DNA of 64,000 bases from Candidatus Latescibacterota bacterium (lineage in GTDB: Bacteria; Latescibacterota; UBA2968): assembly GCA_965222605.1 (NCBI GenBank), contig OZ244960.1, forward strand, positions 5,920,001 through 5,984,000, given 5' to 3'. Both the position numbers and the translations under genes were made by a program. Under the pieces are notes generated by a model. It was not told where the DNA came from. It saw only the letters and a program-made list of their open reading frames with translations, and did not search any database. Below are positions 18,565 to 29,242 of this stretch, in pieces. Numbering within the stretch: the first letter of the stretch is position 1; every line of letters starts with the position of its first letter.

Positions 18565-19782
18565 ATGGCCAGGGTTGTCGTCGGTTTTGAGGGAAGCTGT
18601 CCGCAAAGCGAGGAGGGCGTGCGAGAGGAGGGCGAGAATCGGTTTCGCATTTTTCCTTCGTGGCGCCCGAGCCCGGGGATCAGCGAAGAGGCCGTGGGTC
18701 ATAGTACCCGGCTGGGTCTGAAATTGGTGAATGAATCGCAGGCGGATGAGACTGTGGTGCTCCTGATAGACTGGCAGTGCGACGAAGCGCCGCCGGATAT
18801 GCCCCGGGGTTTCAGCCCGAGCACGTATATGTCCTACCGCGATTTCATAGTCGTCCGAGAGCCGGAGCACGAGGCGTGGCGCACGGTGATGGGGGATGTG
18901 GAAGGTTCGGTGGCCGAATTCGAGTTGAATATTCCACCGGGTGAGACGGAGGTTCACTGGCATCCGCCATATACATATACGCAGAGTGAAGCGTTTGTAG
19001 ATTCGCTTCGGGCGCATCCGCTGGTGCAGGTTGAGCAGATCGGGAAGAGCGAAGAGGGGCGCAATCTGCCGCTTTTGCGAATTACAGATTCGGGGAAACG
19101 CGCGAAGACGCGCGTGCTGATCGTTTCGCGCTTCCACGCGTATGAGAGCGCGTCGAGCTATGCGATAGAGGGAATGATCCAGTGGCTTTTGAGCGAAGAT
19201 GCGTGGGCGATTGCGGCGCTGCGGCGCTACGTCTTTTACATCGTTCCGATGGCCAATCCGGATGGGGTGGTGAACGGTATGGGACGGTTGACCGCCCCCC
19301 AGGGTGCAGACCTGATTATGTCATCTACAGCGCAGGACAAGGCGCACCGGGCGCTCTGGGAGATGGTGGATCGGGTTAAGCCTCAATTTTGTATCGGTCT
19401 GCACAACTGGCAGAACAAACACAGCGATGGACTCCTGGGGCTGGAGCCTCGTCTTCGGGATCGATTCCTGAAGTTTATGCCCGATCAGGTCGAATTTGGC
19501 AAACAGTGGCATATCCGAGAGCCTCGGCCGGTAAGCCCTACACGACCGCAGCGCGAGTTGATGGGGGAGTATTGCCGCCGCGAGTTCGGTACAAAGGGCG
19601 TGGGGTTCGAGTTTCCCTGGTTTGGCAGAACGCCGGATGACGTGCGGGAGACCGGGCGAAAGACGATCTGGGCATTGTTTCGGGCGCTGGATGAGCCTTC
19701 GCCGGGTGCCTGGCTTTACGATCCTCCCGAGAAGTTTACGCTGAGCAGTTACTGGGAAAGTGGAGAGGACGAGACGGGCTGA
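18565..19782 (+). CDS. M14-family zinc carboxypeptidase-like hydrolase
   Basis: IGKSEEGRNL, RFHAYE (HxxE), IVPMANPDGVVNG, IGLHNW. Confidence 0.8.
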   Translation: MARVVVGFEGSCPQSEEGVREEGENRFRIFPSWRPSPGISEEAVGHSTRLGLKLVNESQADETVVLLIDWQCDEAPPDMPRGFSPSTYMSYRDFIVVREPEHEAWRTVMGDVEGSVAEFELNIPPGETEVHWHPPYTYTQSEAFVDSLRAHPLVQVEQIGKSEEGRNLPLLRITDSGKRAKTRVLIVSRFHAYESASSYAIEGMIQWLLSEDAWAIAALRRYVFYIVPMANPDGVVNGMGRLTAPQGADLIMSSTAQDKAHRALWEMVDRVKPQFCIGLHNWQNKHSDGLLGLEPRLRDRFLKFMPDQVEFGKQWHIREPRPVSPTRPQRELMGEYCRREFGTKGVGFEFPWFGRTPDDVRETGRKTIWALFRALDEPSPGAWLYDPPEKFTLSSYWESGEDETG

Positions 19783-19815
19783 ACGCGCTGCTGCGCGATG
19801 AGAAGGAGAGATAGC

Positions 19816-20688
19816 ATGTCGCTGCCCATTATCATGCATGTGAACTACTGCGAACAGGGCCAGACAATTCCAGAGATGTGCCGCAAGGCGGTGGCCTGGG
19901 GGTTTGACGGGATCGAGTTCCGGCGAGTGCGCCGGGGAGTTGACGAGACACCGGAAGCGTATGTAGATGAAGTAGCCATATCAGCGGAGGATGCGGGCCT
20001 CGAGCATGTGCTCTTCGGGGGACCGGGGGTCAACCTGGCGACGGAGGATGCAGCGGAGCGAAAGGCGCAGGTCGAGGAAGGTATGCATTTCTACCGGGTA
20101 GCAGCCGAACGCGTCAAATTGACTGTGTGCAATGTGGGCGCAGGAAGCATACCGAGGAGAGACCGACGTGCTCCTTCCTGGAATTACCACGCGAGTGGAT
20201 CGGGGGCGGCAACGGAGGATCACTATAAGTGGGCGGCCGAAGGCTACCGCGAGCTGGGCGCGGTGGCCGAGGAATTCGGGTTCAAAATGGCGTTCGAAAC
20301 GCATATGGGATGTCTGACGGACCTTCCAGAGCCAACGGCAAAGCTGCTGGATATGATCGATTCACCGGCAGTGGGGGCGAATCTGGATTACGGCAATATG
20401 GCGTATTTTGCCAAAGCACCCTCACTGAACGAGGCGATTTCCGCGCTGAGCGGACGGATATACATGGTGCATTTGAAGAATGCCCACGCAATCAATGTGG
20501 GCGATCACACGGTGATGGTCAAGTGCCCGCTGGGCGAGGGGATGATTAATAACCGGGAATTCCTGCGGCTGTTGCGGGAGGATGGGTTCGACGGGCCGAT
20601 CTGTATCGAGGCGCCCAGGCAGGGGGACCGGGAGTGGTTCGCGCAGCAGGATATCCACTATCTGAAATCGGTGCTGAGCGATGGCTGA
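19816..20688 (+). CDS. Sugar phosphate isomerase/epimerase (xylose isomerase-like TIM barrel)
   Basis: GFDGIE, AFETH, NLDYGN, VHLKN, LGEG, GFDGPICIE. Confidence 0.9.
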   Translation: MSLPIIMHVNYCEQGQTIPEMCRKAVAWGFDGIEFRRVRRGVDETPEAYVDEVAISAEDAGLEHVLFGGPGVNLATEDAAERKAQVEEGMHFYRVAAERVKLTVCNVGAGSIPRRDRRAPSWNYHASGSGAATEDHYKWAAEGYRELGAVAEEFGFKMAFETHMGCLTDLPEPTAKLLDMIDSPAVGANLDYGNMAYFAKAPSLNEAISALSGRIYMVHLKNAHAINVGDHTVMVKCPLGEGMINNREFLRLLREDGFDGPICIEAPRQGDREWFAQQDIHYLKSVLSDG

Positions 20689-20736
20689 GGTGGAGATAAA
20701 GGCCGTTCGGTCCGAACTGGATGGACGAATCGACAT

Positions 20737-23148
20737 ATGAACGATGTAAACACATCTGCGGTGGCCAATGCCGCGCGGTTCGAGCACGCGGAGCCAGGAC
20801 CGCACCGTAGCTCGGCAAACGCCATAGCGGGATGGCTGGGCGGGATTCTCACGATGGTGGTTTGTCTTGCTGGAGTCTGGGAGGAACTTGCGAAGATGAG
20901 ACTGATAACTATGGATGTATCTGCTACGGAGGTGCCCGATGTGCTGGACGCCTATCTCGACCGCAATTACTACACCACAGAAGATGTTGCCCGTCTCGCG
21001 GCCTCATTCCATCCGGGAGCCTCGAGGGCGCGGACCGACGACTTGAGGCTCTCTGTGTCTCTGATCGATGAGGGCGGCGAGGTGATCTCCACGCATGAAC
21101 TCAGGGTCGCTACGGCGGATGCGACCGCACCCGTCACGGAAGAGTTGCCTCCCAACGCCTATGTATCCCTTGTCCAGGCGAGGGAGGAATCGCAGATTGA
21201 GTTGCCCATTCGCGAACTCCCACCCGGACGCCACCGGGTACGCTTGCGACTGGGCGGTAGATCCCGCAAGCCTGCGACCGAGCTGAACCTGCCTCTGCTC
21301 AAACATCCCCCTGCCGAGGAAGGGACGACGGAGGTCAAAGTCGATCAGGTGAACCAGACACTGCTGGTGGATGGGAAGCCATTCTTCCCGGTAGGGATGG
21401 TGAGCCTGGAGATGGACGAGGCGACCCTGAAGCTGTATCGGGAGGCGGGATTTAATACCGTCATCCGTTGGTGGGGGATGGGCCGTGCTCATCCCATTTC
21501 CAGCGCGCTGGAGACACTGGAGGAAGCTCGCCGCAACGGGATCTATGTGGTAGAGCACCCGCTTTCCTTCACCGCACAGGAGCGCAAGCTGCTCTACCGC
21601 TCGCCTACCTTTCCTCAGGACTTTAAGGAGGCCGTGGGGGAGATCCCCGAATTCATCCGCGCCGTGCGGGGCCATCCTTCGGTGATCGCCTACTACGGCC
21701 CGGACGAGCCGCACCAGCCCTGGGACAAATCGCCCGAGCTGCTCGAGGATTTCTACGACGCGGTCCACGACCTGGATCCTCACCATCCGGTCTATATCTC
21801 CGGGTCGAGGCGGATCGACGCCGACTGGTACCGGATTGCCGATGTGCTGGGCGTGCATGTCTATTGGAGCCCTGTTGTCGGAGTGATTCCCGCGTACGAC
21901 TATATGAACCATCGCCCCAACTACATGGCGCGATGTGCCGAGGCTGCCAGGCGGATCACGGAGCCGCGGCGCCAGCCTCTGCTGATGATACCGCAAGGAG
22001 AGCTCTACTCGGGATCGCGGCGGCCACACACGCCTCAGGAGCGCCGCTTGAACGTCTATCTGGCACTCATCCACGGAGCCAAGTCGATCCTGTACTTCGC
22101 GTCTCCGATCCGCCACCGAGTGACCTACGAGGACATGAAAACACTTTCGGCTGAGCTCCACGCGATGGTACCCTCGCTGCTTACGCGTACTCCCCCGCAG
22201 CGTATCGTGGTGGAGTACGCGCCTTCGCCGCCTGAGGCATTCCCGGTTGTCCAGGCTTTGTACAAGGATTGCCCTGAGGGGGGTGGGCTACTCCTGGCGG
22301 CCAACAGCAGCCCACGCGCCGTTGAAGCCAGGTGGGACCTGTTTGCGGTGGGGGGGATGGCACGGGTGACGGATTTCTTCGACAATCGGGAACTCGAAGT
22401 GCGAGACGGTATCTTCTCCGACCGCCTGGAAGGTTACGCGACGCGTGCCTATCGGGTATCCGGAACCGCGAGAAAACCGGGTACGTGGGTGGACATCCGC
22501 GTGAGCCTGTCGGGCGAGGGCGTGGACGCGGCACCGGACACTGTGGAAAGACCGGGACCATCGAAGAATCTCCTGGCCAACTCGAGCTTCGAAGAAGCCG
22601 CCCTGCCAGGCTGGCCGGACTGCTGGGAACTCTCGAGGGGAGGGCTTTCGCCCACGGCGATGGTGGGGGACCCCGGAGCACCGGGACAGGACAGCACGAC
22701 CGCCCAACACGGCCGGCATTCGCTCAAGATCCTCGGCGCAAAGGACCGCACGAGAAGCGCCCGTGTCACCTACAAGCACCCGTATCCCGAAGCGAAGCGG
22801 AGGCACCCCGGACTGCCCGTGGAGCGAGGTCGAACCTATGTGCTGTCGGTCTATCTCAAGGCAGAACACCCGGGGACGAAAGCCCGTCTGGAAGTCGCGA
22901 ACTTCCATGGGGATGGACGCTTCCGGCAGGAGATCGGGCTGAGTTCCAACTGGCAGAGATATCAGCTAATCTGCGCTATTCCCGGATCCGGTGAGAAGAT
23001 GGACTGGTCGGCGGTGTGGATCCGGTTGGCTAATCTGGGAACGGGGGCGATCTGGGTAGATGCAGTCCAGTTCGAGGCCGGGGAGCGGGTGACGGCGTAT
23101 GCGCCCGACGGGTATTTGGCCTCACTAAGCACGGAATATGCCGAATGA
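20737..23148 (+). CDS. Putative glycoside hydrolase-like TIM-barrel protein with C-terminal CBM4/9-like domain; start uncertain
   Basis: LLVDGKPFFPVG, AGFNTV, HPSVIAYYGPDEP, LDPHHPVY, ALIHGAKSILYF; C-terminal NLLANSSFE...WVDAVQFE. Confidence 0.65.
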   Translation: MNDVNTSAVANAARFEHAEPGPHRSSANAIAGWLGGILTMVVCLAGVWEELAKMRLITMDVSATEVPDVLDAYLDRNYYTTEDVARLAASFHPGASRARTDDLRLSVSLIDEGGEVISTHELRVATADATAPVTEELPPNAYVSLVQAREESQIELPIRELPPGRHRVRLRLGGRSRKPATELNLPLLKHPPAEEGTTEVKVDQVNQTLLVDGKPFFPVGMVSLEMDEATLKLYREAGFNTVIRWWGMGRAHPISSALETLEEARRNGIYVVEHPLSFTAQERKLLYRSPTFPQDFKEAVGEIPEFIRAVRGHPSVIAYYGPDEPHQPWDKSPELLEDFYDAVHDLDPHHPVYISGSRRIDADWYRIADVLGVHVYWSPVVGVIPAYDYMNHRPNYMARCAEAARRITEPRRQPLLMIPQGELYSGSRRPHTPQERRLNVYLALIHGAKSILYFASPIRHRVTYEDMKTLSAELHAMVPSLLTRTPPQRIVVEYAPSPPEAFPVVQALYKDCPEGGGLLLAANSSPRAVEARWDLFAVGGMARVTDFFDNRELEVRDGIFSDRLEGYATRAYRVSGTARKPGTWVDIRVSLSGEGVDAAPDTVERPGPSKNLLANSSFEEAALPGWPDCWELSRGGLSPTAMVGDPGAPGQDSTTAQHGRHSLKILGAKDRTRSARVTYKHPYPEAKRRHPGLPVERGRTYVLSVYLKAEHPGTKARLEVANFHGDGRFRQEIGLSSNWQRYQLICAIPGSGEKMDWSAVWIRLANLGTGAIWVDAVQFEAGERVTAYAPDGYLASLSTEYAE

Positions 23149-23203
23149 ACCAGCGGTATGCAGCACTATGGATCTGGCTGCGTAAGTATATATTTATGGA
23201 GGG

Positions 23204-25240
23204 TTGATGATGGAGAATATCTTACTGGCAAAGATCGACTTGACAGGATGCCCGGAGGGGCTGGTGTTCGACCTGCCGGGGGTGGACTGGAGTATCGAGG
23301 ACCGCTACCTTTCCGACTGGGAATGTCCTCTGGCCCGGACGCGCAGTAAGGAGCGTGGCCCCGGCAGGCCGAGCGCATACCGCGTGCTGGAGCAAAACGG
23401 CAGGACGGTGCTCGACCATGTAAATATGACGGACCGACCGCTGGTGGTGGGCGACTTTCTCTGGCGGAACTACGCGATCGAGGGCCAGATCCGCCAGATG
23501 GCGAGCACGAGCGAGCCGAACTCGGACGATCCCTACTGCTTCGTGGGTCGAAGTGGGCTGATGTTCCGGTACCGGACGCTGGGTCAGTATTATTTCTTCT
23601 GCATCGAAGGCTTTGACCGGTTGGTGCTCTACCGGCGGGAACACGCACACTGGCATGTGCTGGATGAGCTGAGGATGCCGGTGGACCGGGGCATCTTTTA
23701 CCACCTGAAGGCCGAGTGTCAGGGAGACCGGATCGTGTGTAGCTGCGACGGACAGCAGTGCCTGGTGGTGAACGACAGCGCTTATGAGACCGGACGTGCG
23801 GGGATCCGGACATGCACGCGGGCGCAGTTCTACGATGTCAAGGTCACGACTACGGCCTCACAGAAGGCGGCGTTCGTCAACACGCGGAGCCGGTACGAGA
23901 AGGAAGTGGCGGCCGAGCGGGAGAAGTACCCGAAGCCGGTGCTGTGGCAGGTGATCGACACGAAGGCGTTCGGCGGTGGGGTGCCCGTGTTCGGGGACAT
24001 CCGGGGCAGCGGCAAAACGGAGCTTATGTTGATGCAGGATGCCGGGGACGGGAATGAGGCACCCCGAATCCGGGCGGTGAGTCTGCAGGGAGAGCAGGTC
24101 TGGGAGATGGCCTATCCGAATCTGAAAACGGTTGCCCCGACTCGGACGGTGATCCAAGATATCGATGGGGACGGGGTGAAGGAATTAGTGTCGGCGGGTG
24201 GGAATCGCCTGTCGATTGTGAATGCGATGACAGGTGAACTGAAGGCGGAGGCACCGCTGCCCGATCCCGGGCCGTTCCTGGTGCCGCGCGGACAGCCGTT
24301 GACCGACGAGTATCTCCATGTGCAGAAGGCCCTGATCCCGTGCAATCTGAGGGGGCATTCGGGCGCGCAGGATTTTATACTCAGAGACGGGGTCTCGGGC
24401 GGGAGTGGCTGGACGATCTGGGCGTATGACCAGGACCTCAACCTTCTCTGGCGACAGCGTGCCGATGCGCCCTGGTACGGGCATTCGGTCTATTTCCACG
24501 ACGTAGATGGCGATGGCCGGGACGAGGTGCTGTCGGGCTATCACCTCTACGATGGCGACGGGCATCTGGTCTGGCGCATGGAGGGTGCGGAGTACCTGCC
24601 CATGCACGATCATGTGGACAATGTGGTCTTCGGAGAGATCGACGGGGATGAGGGGAACGGTCCCGAGATAGGCATTGCCGGAAGCAGCGAGGGATTCTTC
24701 TATGTGGATGCCCGCGACGGCCGTGTACTGCGGCAGTATCGGATGGGGCACACACAGGATGTGTACGCGGGGAACTTCCGGCCGGATCTGCCGGGACTTG
24801 AGATGTGGGCCGGTGACCGGTGGGATTCCTACGGCCTGCTGGTGCAGTTCAGCGGGACAGCGGAGCCGCTTCTCTCGCTGGAGCCCGATAACGAGAGCCA
24901 GTCGGGACCCGCGGTGAACTGGGGGGGAGACGGGCAGGAATTGCTGCTACTAACCACAACGTATCAGGCGCTCGGGATGTTCGATGGTTATGGGCGGAAG
25001 GTAGTGGAGTTCCCGACCGACGGACTCGCGTTGCCTCCGGGGAAGCCGTTCTGGCGCACATGGATTCTTGCGGAACGGATGGATCTCACGGGAGACGCCA
25101 GGGATGAGGTCGTACTGACCTGCGATGGTGTTCTCTACATCTACACGCAGGACACGCCCTATCCCGAAGGTGAGAAGATCTACGCGCCGGTCAGGAGCGG
25201 GCATCTCTCTTCCCCAAACTGGGAAATCAATGGAGAATGA
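23204..25240 (+). CDS. Lectin/3-keto-disaccharide-hydrolase-like domain plus FG-GAP beta-propeller (rhamnogalacturonan lyase-like)
   Basis: N-terminal beta-sandwich (GLMFRY...GRAGI); DIDGDGVKE, GH..YFHDVDGDGRDE, HVD, GHTQ...GNFRPDLPGLE, DLTGDARDE. Confidence 0.6.
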   Translation: MMMENILLAKIDLTGCPEGLVFDLPGVDWSIEDRYLSDWECPLARTRSKERGPGRPSAYRVLEQNGRTVLDHVNMTDRPLVVGDFLWRNYAIEGQIRQMASTSEPNSDDPYCFVGRSGLMFRYRTLGQYYFFCIEGFDRLVLYRREHAHWHVLDELRMPVDRGIFYHLKAECQGDRIVCSCDGQQCLVVNDSAYETGRAGIRTCTRAQFYDVKVTTTASQKAAFVNTRSRYEKEVAAEREKYPKPVLWQVIDTKAFGGGVPVFGDIRGSGKTELMLMQDAGDGNEAPRIRAVSLQGEQVWEMAYPNLKTVAPTRTVIQDIDGDGVKELVSAGGNRLSIVNAMTGELKAEAPLPDPGPFLVPRGQPLTDEYLHVQKALIPCNLRGHSGAQDFILRDGVSGGSGWTIWAYDQDLNLLWRQRADAPWYGHSVYFHDVDGDGRDEVLSGYHLYDGDGHLVWRMEGAEYLPMHDHVDNVVFGEIDGDEGNGPEIGIAGSSEGFFYVDARDGRVLRQYRMGHTQDVYAGNFRPDLPGLEMWAGDRWDSYGLLVQFSGTAEPLLSLEPDNESQSGPAVNWGGDGQELLLLTTTYQALGMFDGYGRKVVEFPTDGLALPPGKPFWRTWILAERMDLTGDARDEVVLTCDGVLYIYTQDTPYPEGEKIYAPVRSGHLSSPNWEINGE

Positions 25241-25277
25241 ATTCAGAGTGCCCACAAAAACAGGAGAGGTGAGGGCG

Positions 25278-26297
25278 ATGCAATGGATTTTGTTCGGTGT
25301 CTTGTTGACCACTCTGATGGTGGGAAGCGTGCGTGTTGTTTTTGCACGGGCAGACTCTGAGCGCAAATACGAGTGGTGCCGCGTCACCGGCGAAGCTGCA
25401 TTCGCGGCTCGAGATGGTGCTGGCGCACTGGTGTTCAACGATAGAATGTGGCTGCTGGGCGGATGGAATCCCGGGGATAAAGTCCATTTCCCTCTGATCT
25501 GCAACAGTGAGGTCTGGTCGTCGGCCGATGGTGCCTCCTGGACGCTTGAGAATCCTCATGCGCCGTGGGAGGGGAGGCATACGGCCGGATATGTGGTGCA
25601 TGACGGTCGGATGTGGATCGTGGGCGGCGATTGCAATCAAGGTCATTACCAGAACGATGTTTGGAGCAGTACTGACGGTGTTCAATGGGACCTGGTGAAT
25701 GATCGCGTGCCGTGGGCTTCCCGAGCGCTCCATTATACCCTGGCCTTCGACGGCCAGATCTGGGTGATGGGCGGGCAGACGATGCCCGATTTTGCAGGCG
25801 GGGATGAGGTCTTCTACAACGATGTGTGGCGTTCGAAAGATGGGGTGAACTGGACCCGGGTTACTGAGAGCGCTCCATGGGCACCCAGAGGGATGATCGG
25901 GGGAGCCGTTGTGCATAAGAACAGGATGTGGATTCTGGGTGGGGGCACATACGATACCCCTGCAACTCCTACCCGAAATTTTTATAATGATGTGTGGAGT
26001 TCGGAAGATGGGGTGAACTGGGAACAGCACCTGACGCACGCTCCGTGGGCACCCAGGCAATACCACGAGGTGGCCACATTCGACGACCGTATGTGGGTGC
26101 TGGAGGGCTATGGAAGAGAGAGTGGCAATCGCCGCGATGTGTGGTATTCTACCGATGGCGTAAACTGGACCGAATTGCCCGATACCCCCTGGGCACCCAG
26201 GCACGCGGCGAGTGTGTTCGTTTGCGATGGGTCGCTGTGGATGGTGGCGGGGAATAATATGGAGCCGGATATCTGGCGGCTTTCGCGCAGGGAATAG
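25278..26297 (+). CDS. Secreted Kelch-repeat beta-propeller
   Basis: Signal peptide; repeats APW.PR.H....MW..GG...NDVWSS.DGVNW. Confidence 0.85.
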   Translation: MQWILFGVLLTTLMVGSVRVVFARADSERKYEWCRVTGEAAFAARDGAGALVFNDRMWLLGGWNPGDKVHFPLICNSEVWSSADGASWTLENPHAPWEGRHTAGYVVHDGRMWIVGGDCNQGHYQNDVWSSTDGVQWDLVNDRVPWASRALHYTLAFDGQIWVMGGQTMPDFAGGDEVFYNDVWRSKDGVNWTRVTESAPWAPRGMIGGAVVHKNRMWILGGGTYDTPATPTRNFYNDVWSSEDGVNWEQHLTHAPWAPRQYHEVATFDDRMWVLEGYGRESGNRRDVWYSTDGVNWTELPDTPWAPRHAASVFVCDGSLWMVAGNNMEPDIWRLSRRE

Positions 26298-26357
26298 CGG
26301 GGAGTTTTTTCTTGAAGCTATTGCAATCACGCATTTTATGAATGAAGAGGTCGAGAG

Positions 26358-27533
26358 ATGGATGAAATACGCATCGGTATTGCCGGATTGGGCGGCCGTT
26401 CTCAGCGCTGGATCAGTACCCTGCTAAAGATGTCGGGCTACCGCATCACGGCACTCTACGACTGGATTGAGCCGCTGCACGAGCGGGCGTTGTCCCTGAT
26501 CGAGTACCGGAACGATGTCGTGGTGTTCAGCGACTACGAGGATTTTCTGTCCTGTGGGGATATGGACGCGGTCGGTCTGGTTGTCCGCCGGAAGGACCAG
26601 GGAGCGATGGCGGCGCAGGCTCTGGAGGCGGGGAAGCATGTGAATATGGAGGTTCCCGCCGCACATACAATGGAGGACTGCTGGCGTATCGTAACGGCGG
26701 CGGAACGCACAGGGCGGGTTTATCAGCTTGCGGAACAGACGCGCTACTGGGGATTTGTGGATGTCTGGCGGGACCTGGTGGCTGAGGGACGGTTGGGACA
26801 GGTGACCTATTGCGAGGGGCAGTATATCGGCTATTACGGCACGCGCCAGTTTTTTCAGGACTACAAGACAGGCCAGCAGTGCCGCGTGGAAGAGCTTCCG
26901 TCGCATCCAGAGGCAGAACCGACGTGGCTGCACCTGATGCCGCCGATTCACTATCTTCCGCACGAGTTGAGTCCGATGCTGAAGGTTCTGGATGACCGAG
27001 TCGTTGAGGTAACGGCGATGAGTACCGCGTCGCCCAGCTATTCGCACCCAGAGATCAATCAACCGGATATTCAGGTCGCATTGATGAAGACAGAGAAGGA
27101 CAGGCTGTTGCGGATGGCGGTCGGATTTATGCAGAAGATCCCGAGCCGCAGGGGGCATCACTGGTACCAGATCATCGGGACGAGAGGATGTGTGGAGTGG
27201 AAGCGGTCGGAAAAGGGGCGCCCTCTGATGTGGCTGGCGGATTCCCAGATGCACGATCTGGCCGAAATGGACTGGCGGTTTGAGCGCACCGATGCGCCTG
27301 CAGAAGCGCACGGCAGTGGCCATGGGGATGCAGACTATTACGTTCACACCGCTTTTTGGAATGCCGTGGTTGGAAATAAGCCTCTGGAGTTCGACGTGTA
27401 CAGGGCGATGGAGACGGCCGCGCCTGCGGTTCTGGCTGCGGAGTCCATCGCCCGGGGAACCGAGTTGATGAAGGTTCCCGATTTTCGTCCGAACAGATCG
27501 CGGGCTCCCGGGCAGATGCCAGAAGGAGTTTGA
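26358..27533 (+). CDS. Gfo/Idh/MocA-family oxidoreductase
   Basis: IRIGIAGLGGR, ALEAGKHVNMEVPAA, GHGDADY. Confidence 0.88.
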   Translation: MDEIRIGIAGLGGRSQRWISTLLKMSGYRITALYDWIEPLHERALSLIEYRNDVVVFSDYEDFLSCGDMDAVGLVVRRKDQGAMAAQALEAGKHVNMEVPAAHTMEDCWRIVTAAERTGRVYQLAEQTRYWGFVDVWRDLVAEGRLGQVTYCEGQYIGYYGTRQFFQDYKTGQQCRVEELPSHPEAEPTWLHLMPPIHYLPHELSPMLKVLDDRVVEVTAMSTASPSYSHPEINQPDIQVALMKTEKDRLLRMAVGFMQKIPSRRGHHWYQIIGTRGCVEWKRSEKGRPLMWLADSQMHDLAEMDWRFERTDAPAEAHGSGHGDADYYVHTAFWNAVVGNKPLEFDVYRAMETAAPAVLAAESIARGTELMKVPDFRPNRSRAPGQMPEGV

Positions 27534-27535
27534 GC

Positions 27536-29242
27536 ATGCGTGTCGGCATTTTATCCGATCGACCTGATCTTTCGGCCTATCTGGCAGAGATGTTCAATAC
27601 GTGGGGATTGGTCCTGTACGAGGTGGTGGGACCGGACCAGATTTCAGATTTGGATCCCGAAGATGTGCCAGTGGTGGTTTGCCCTGCGTCTCGAGGTAGT
27701 CGTTCCCTGGTCGATTTTACGCGCCGAGGTGGGACGGTGATCTGCTTTCTGCCCGAGGGTCCTCTGGCCGAGGCAGCCGGACTTGTGTATGAGGGGGAAA
27801 AGGATGTGCCGTTGCGGCTGCGCGTTACCGCGTATCCAACCGCGGGGATAGCGGGGGAGCGATTTCCAATTGTGGGCCGTGTGAATAACTACAGGCAGGC
27901 ACCTGAGGTTCAGGTGCTGGGCTATCTTTCTTTTTCCGACCGCTATGAAGGAGAAAGTGTCGGGATTACAGAGACAGCGGTGGGGCGGGGGAGGATTGTG
28001 GCATTCGCGTTTGATCTGGCCCTCTGTGTATTATTGCTGCGGCAGGGCGACCCGAACCGCGCCGAGGTGATTCCCGAGGGCACCGGGTGCGCCCGCCCGT
28101 CCAGCATGGCAAGCGATATGGGTCCTTTGGACTCAGGCTGGGTTCCCTTTGCTGATCTGCTTTCCAGGCTGTTAGTGGATATGGTGCGGCGTTACCTGCC
28201 GGGGCCTGTGCCACTCCTGTCGCATTTGCCGGGGATGGCGCCTGGCATCCTCCTTTACTCCGGTGATGAAGACAATGCGGACGTGGCCAGCAATGATGCG
28301 GAATTCGGGGATGTGGCTGCCGCAGGCGGGCGCATGAATCTCTACATTATTCCGGACCGGACCCAATCTACGGCATCGGATGTGGAGAGGTACCGCGCCC
28401 AGCACGATGTGGGGCCTCATCCGAATCTCCGTCCGTTGGACGGGTGCCCTGTGTCGGAACGTCTAACAGAGTTCGAGCGGCAGATCCGGATGTTTCAGGA
28501 CCGGTTCGATACGTCCGCGCGATCCCTGAGGAACCACTGCACAGCCTGGGCCGGGTATCTGGAACCGGTCGAGGTTATGGAGAAACTGGGTGTGGGTATG
28601 GATGGGAATTACTTTTCCGGCACGTATGGATACAGCCGGGAGGATGCGCCGTATGCTGCATTTGGAGGAGCGATGCCGATGCGTTTCTGCTGGCCAGATG
28701 GCCGGGTGCTCAATGTCTTCCAGCAGCATACGCAGCTTGCAGATGATATTATGTTCGGGACCGCAGACTATTCCTACCGGCTGTCGCCGCAGGTCTTTGC
28801 CGCTGTGCTGGATCGGATTTTCACGGATATTCAGACCCGCTTACACACGCCATATGGCGTGTGTATTCACCCCGGCAACTGGGTGAGGTTCTCGCGGCCT
28901 CAAGGAAGGGAATTGCTTCGCCAGGCGAATGAAAGGCGATTCCCAATCTGGTCTTTCGACCAGTGGTTGGCGTTCTGGGAGGCACGCGATACGTGGCGGT
29001 TCAACGGGATGACCCGACAGGGATGCAGGCTGCAATTCGCGCTTGAGGGAGAAAGATCACACGACGCTCTCTGCTTTGCGATTCCAGTAAAAGACGCGGA
29101 GACATCTCTCGCTGAGGTGATGCTGGATGGGGAGATTGCAGAGTGGCAGACGGTCCGGCGCTACGGTGAGGACCTCGCACTTGTGCCTCTACCGGCCGGG
29201 AAAACGGCTATATCGATTAGCGTTATGTATGGCAGTGTATGA
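27536..29242 (+). CDS. Hypothetical protein with polysaccharide-deacetylase-like barrel
   Basis: GDED, GPHP, SLRNH, CIHP metal-site-like motifs; N-terminal GATase-like flavodoxin fold. Confidence 0.55.
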   Translation: MRVGILSDRPDLSAYLAEMFNTWGLVLYEVVGPDQISDLDPEDVPVVVCPASRGSRSLVDFTRRGGTVICFLPEGPLAEAAGLVYEGEKDVPLRLRVTAYPTAGIAGERFPIVGRVNNYRQAPEVQVLGYLSFSDRYEGESVGITETAVGRGRIVAFAFDLALCVLLLRQGDPNRAEVIPEGTGCARPSSMASDMGPLDSGWVPFADLLSRLLVDMVRRYLPGPVPLLSHLPGMAPGILLYSGDEDNADVASNDAEFGDVAAAGGRMNLYIIPDRTQSTASDVERYRAQHDVGPHPNLRPLDGCPVSERLTEFERQIRMFQDRFDTSARSLRNHCTAWAGYLEPVEVMEKLGVGMDGNYFSGTYGYSREDAPYAAFGGAMPMRFCWPDGRVLNVFQQHTQLADDIMFGTADYSYRLSPQVFAAVLDRIFTDIQTRLHTPYGVCIHPGNWVRFSRPQGRELLRQANERRFPIWSFDQWLAFWEARDTWRFNGMTRQGCRLQFALEGERSHDALCFAIPVKDAETSLAEVMLDGEIAEWQTVRRYGEDLALVPLPAGKTAISISVMYGSV

